Assembly: GCA_951406725.2 (NCBI GenBank)
Contig: OX597825.1
Coordinates: forward strand, 50,406,001-50,470,000
Reading direction: 5' to 3'
From: Octopus vulgaris
Taxonomy: Eukaryota
Length of the DNA stretch: 64,000 bases
In this document: positions 61,091 through 64,000 of the stretch, piece after piece
Layout: the number at the start of each line of letters is the position of its first letter
Position numbering within the stretch: the first letter of the stretch is position 1
Translations under genes and position numbers: made by a program
The notes under the pieces: generated by a model
The model's input: the letters and a program-made list of their open reading frames with translations, nothing else
Database searches by the model: none
What the model was told of the DNA's origin: nothing

Positions 61091-61440
61091 GGGAGACCCC
61101 CTTCGGTCAAGAATGACCATGGGATTACACCTAGAAAGTTACCCTCCGAGGGTAACTTTCTAGGTGTAATCCAAGCAAGGTTGTTTATGGAAGACCAGCA
61201 GTTGCCCATGCATACTGGCCTCCCCTCTCCACACCACTGATGTTATGCAAGGGAAAGGCAAAGGCCAGTACAGCTTGGCACCAGTGATGTCACAACTCAT
61301 TTCTGCTGCTGAATGAACTGGAACAATGTGAAATAAAGTGTCTTGCTCAAGAACACAGCACGCAGCCTGGTCCGGGAATCGAACTTACAACCTCATGATC
61401 GTAACCTCAACACTCTAACCACTGAGCCATGCGCCTTCAC
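61091..61440 (-). mobile_element. tRNA-derived SINE with 12-bp TSD
   Basis: Minus-strand head GTGAAGGCGCATGGCTCAGTGGTTAGAG...AGTTCGATTCCCGG; TSD TCCAGCCAAATG at 61079-61090 and 61441-61452. Confidence 0.92.
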
Positions 61441-62980
61441 TCCAGCCAAATGTCCAGGTCAAATTTTCTAGAATCCCAAGGAACATTAAAAAGTTAGGAT
61501 TTTGAGTTTTCAGACAAAACAATCTCAAGCACTTACCTAAAACTCTTGTCAGCGAGTTTTATGATTTCTCACATTTTCTACTCTCTGTCTTTAACAACCA
61601 TTAACAATTTTCATATAATACTTAATACTTTTTACTGCCAACAAAGAATAAATGATTAAAACTCACACTAAAGTACCAAAGAATGAGCTTGAAAGATTTT
61701 TGCAAATGTTCTATAATGTTGAGGTTAACAGAAAGAGAAAGAGAATTTAATAAAAATAAGATGCAGTTCAGGTATGTGTCAGAACAGGTTACCCCTGATA
61801 CCTTCTTTGAGTGCGACAACTACAAATTAAGTTGACATGCCTTTAATGGAGTACCAGACTCTGATCTCTAGTTGTCACAAAGAAAACTAAGAAAATTAGA
61901 TCCGGATAAATGGCTTGTGAAAGTCATGCAGGTTATGTCCATAGCTGCAGTCAGCAAGGTGATATTTAGTAAGGAATTTAGTGTGTGTGTGTAGTTGCCC
62001 ATCAAGACTCACTTCTATTCAGCAAGCTAGGATCTCTTATGACAACAAATACTCTACTGAAGTGAAAGAAATATTTTGTGATGTTCTGGTATGACGTGCA
62101 GTGCAATGTAGTGAAACATAGGCACTGAACACAGGGTATGTATCAGAAGCTGGAAAGAAATAGAGTGAGTACAATCCACTGGATGTTTAAAGATAGTCTG
62201 CTTAAAGGATGATGTACATTGAACTGAAAAAAAACTGGGTGTAATAGGAATGAGATATTGGATGTCAAAGAGAGAAGACTGCACTGGTAGTAACATATGT
62301 ATTGTGGCAGACTGTTGAGTGGAAAGGATGGAAGGAAGGAAAGAAGGAAGTGAGGGAGAGATAGTGGTGATTTAGTGGCTACAAATCTCAAAAATATGGA
62401 TGGCACAAAAGTGAAACATGCAAGAAATTAACCATCCCTCATTCATTTTACTTTTGCTCCACCATGGTACCAGTGTAATGATAGCATTCAGACTGATTCT
62501 TCCTTGATGGCATTTCATCTGCTCATCTTTCATTACTTGTTATCATTATCAGATTACCTCTCTCTCACCTACACCTCTCTAAAATTATCTCTCTTCCATC
62601 ACAATACCAGTGTAATGAATGGTGATATCAAATCTATCCATATTCAGTAGTGTCACCCTTCTGTACCACTAACCATTGTTCTTCCCCCACATCACTCCAC
62701 CACATCCACCACAAGGAACTCTTAATTCACAGCTATCACTCTCACCATTACCCATTACTGTTGCTACCCATATCTCTCACTCTCTCCTACCATGATGTAT
62801 CTTTATTTCTATCCCATCTTCCTAATCATGTTTTTCCTTTAAGCCTCATTACCAACATACAGCTCTCACTGTCTCTCTTTCTCTCGACCCTTCTCCATCA
62901 TCCTGCTTTCCCCCACCCCTCACTCACATACATAATGTCTATAATGTTTGCCTTATATAAACAGCAAATATGCAGATGAG

Positions 62981-63029
62981 AGAGGACAATTATGTCAAGC
63001 AGAGGACAATTATGTCAAGCAGAGGACAA
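62981..63029. repeat. 20-bp tandem duplication (x2.5)
   Basis: AGAGGACAATTATGTCAAGC repeated. Confidence 0.9.
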
Positions 63030-64000
63030 GGCAACTTCTCTGATGTTGGTTCCACAATACTCTCTGTAAATTAATTGCAGATTAAAAGAGACAGAAGAAT
63101 GTAGACAGAGAAGCATATGGTGACCTCACTAGTGCTGATTCCATGTCAAATAACACCCATTTGACTCTGTAAAGTGGTCAATGAGAGGAAGGGCATCCAG
63201 CTATAGAAACTAGGCCAAAAGTGGAATGTACAAATGAGATGTGATCTTCCAACTCATGTAAGACAGCAATAACTACTTAATATGACAAAGGTGATGAAAA
63301 GGTTGAGATCAACAACAAAGACAATAAAGACACATTAATAAATAGTAATAACAATGCAGAAGAACAAGACAGGATTCCTAACATATGGAGTAGTCAGAGT
63401 ATCTCACACACAAACCTGGATTACTGTGACACACTGAAAGCTTTCAGCTATGCCAATTTCATCACCCTCACATACTTCACATAAAATTTACCTTCCTCCT
63501 CAAGTGGTACTTAATAAAGTTAATGAGAGATTAAATTGAGAAGAGCTATGTACTCAAACCTTTCTACAATATCTATCATGTGAAATCTTTTACTGTTGCA
63601 TCAGGTAGAAAATTACTCTTTCTTCCTTGCCAAATGAAGATGATGAGTGGCTCATTATAATTGGTAGGCAGCTGGATTTCTTCCAAATATGATAACAGCA
63701 GTTTGATATAAACCCACAAATCAGCAATACAAGGACAGTAAAATAGTGTGTGTCAGACTATTTTGTTAGCCTGTGTGGACAGGTGGTTGCTTGTAGCTCC
63801 AACATGACCATGTTATTAGAGGTTATCTCATATAAGCAAAGCCCTATTGAATGCCAGGTTAAGGGATCTTAGAAATTGTTCATGCTACCTGACATAAAGC
63901 ATTTTAGAAGAGATTACTTAGATTATCAACATCCTCATCAACATCCAAACTTACTTCCATGCTATCATCAGTCATACTCCCCACTAACCTTGTACATAAT

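Overview
AT-rich, repeat-dense animal genomic DNA. It is probably from an octopus or another coleoid cephalopod, inferred from the tRNA-derived SINE families and the abundant TA/CA/AAT microsatellites. No intact host protein-coding gene can be supported, and most ORF-track entries are microsatellite artefacts. The window is mostly decayed transposable elements: a full-length piggyBac (TTAA TSD, 13-bp TIR), a Tigger/pogo element, several mariners and MITEs, R4/Dong-type RLE LINEs, RTE LINEs, an L1/Tx1-like 3' end, a Gypsy-like pol plus LTR, Penelope-like (PLE) fragments and many SINEs. Four signals stand out. (1) About nine hammerhead-ribozyme-like motifs (three or four well formed) are dispersed through the window, mostly next to (TA)n/(CA)n tracts and often inside fold-back structures, consistent with PLE-derived ribozyme mini-elements. 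(2) A non-coding repeat of up to ~555 bp occurs four times, with a fixed 3' end running into (AAT)n. (3) An 11x72-bp near-perfect tandem array is built from the endonuclease-coding segment of an otherwise degenerate R4-type LINE. (4) Several perfect palindromes look like template-switch products. All family assignments are by eye and need confirmation with Dfam, Repbase or Infernal.
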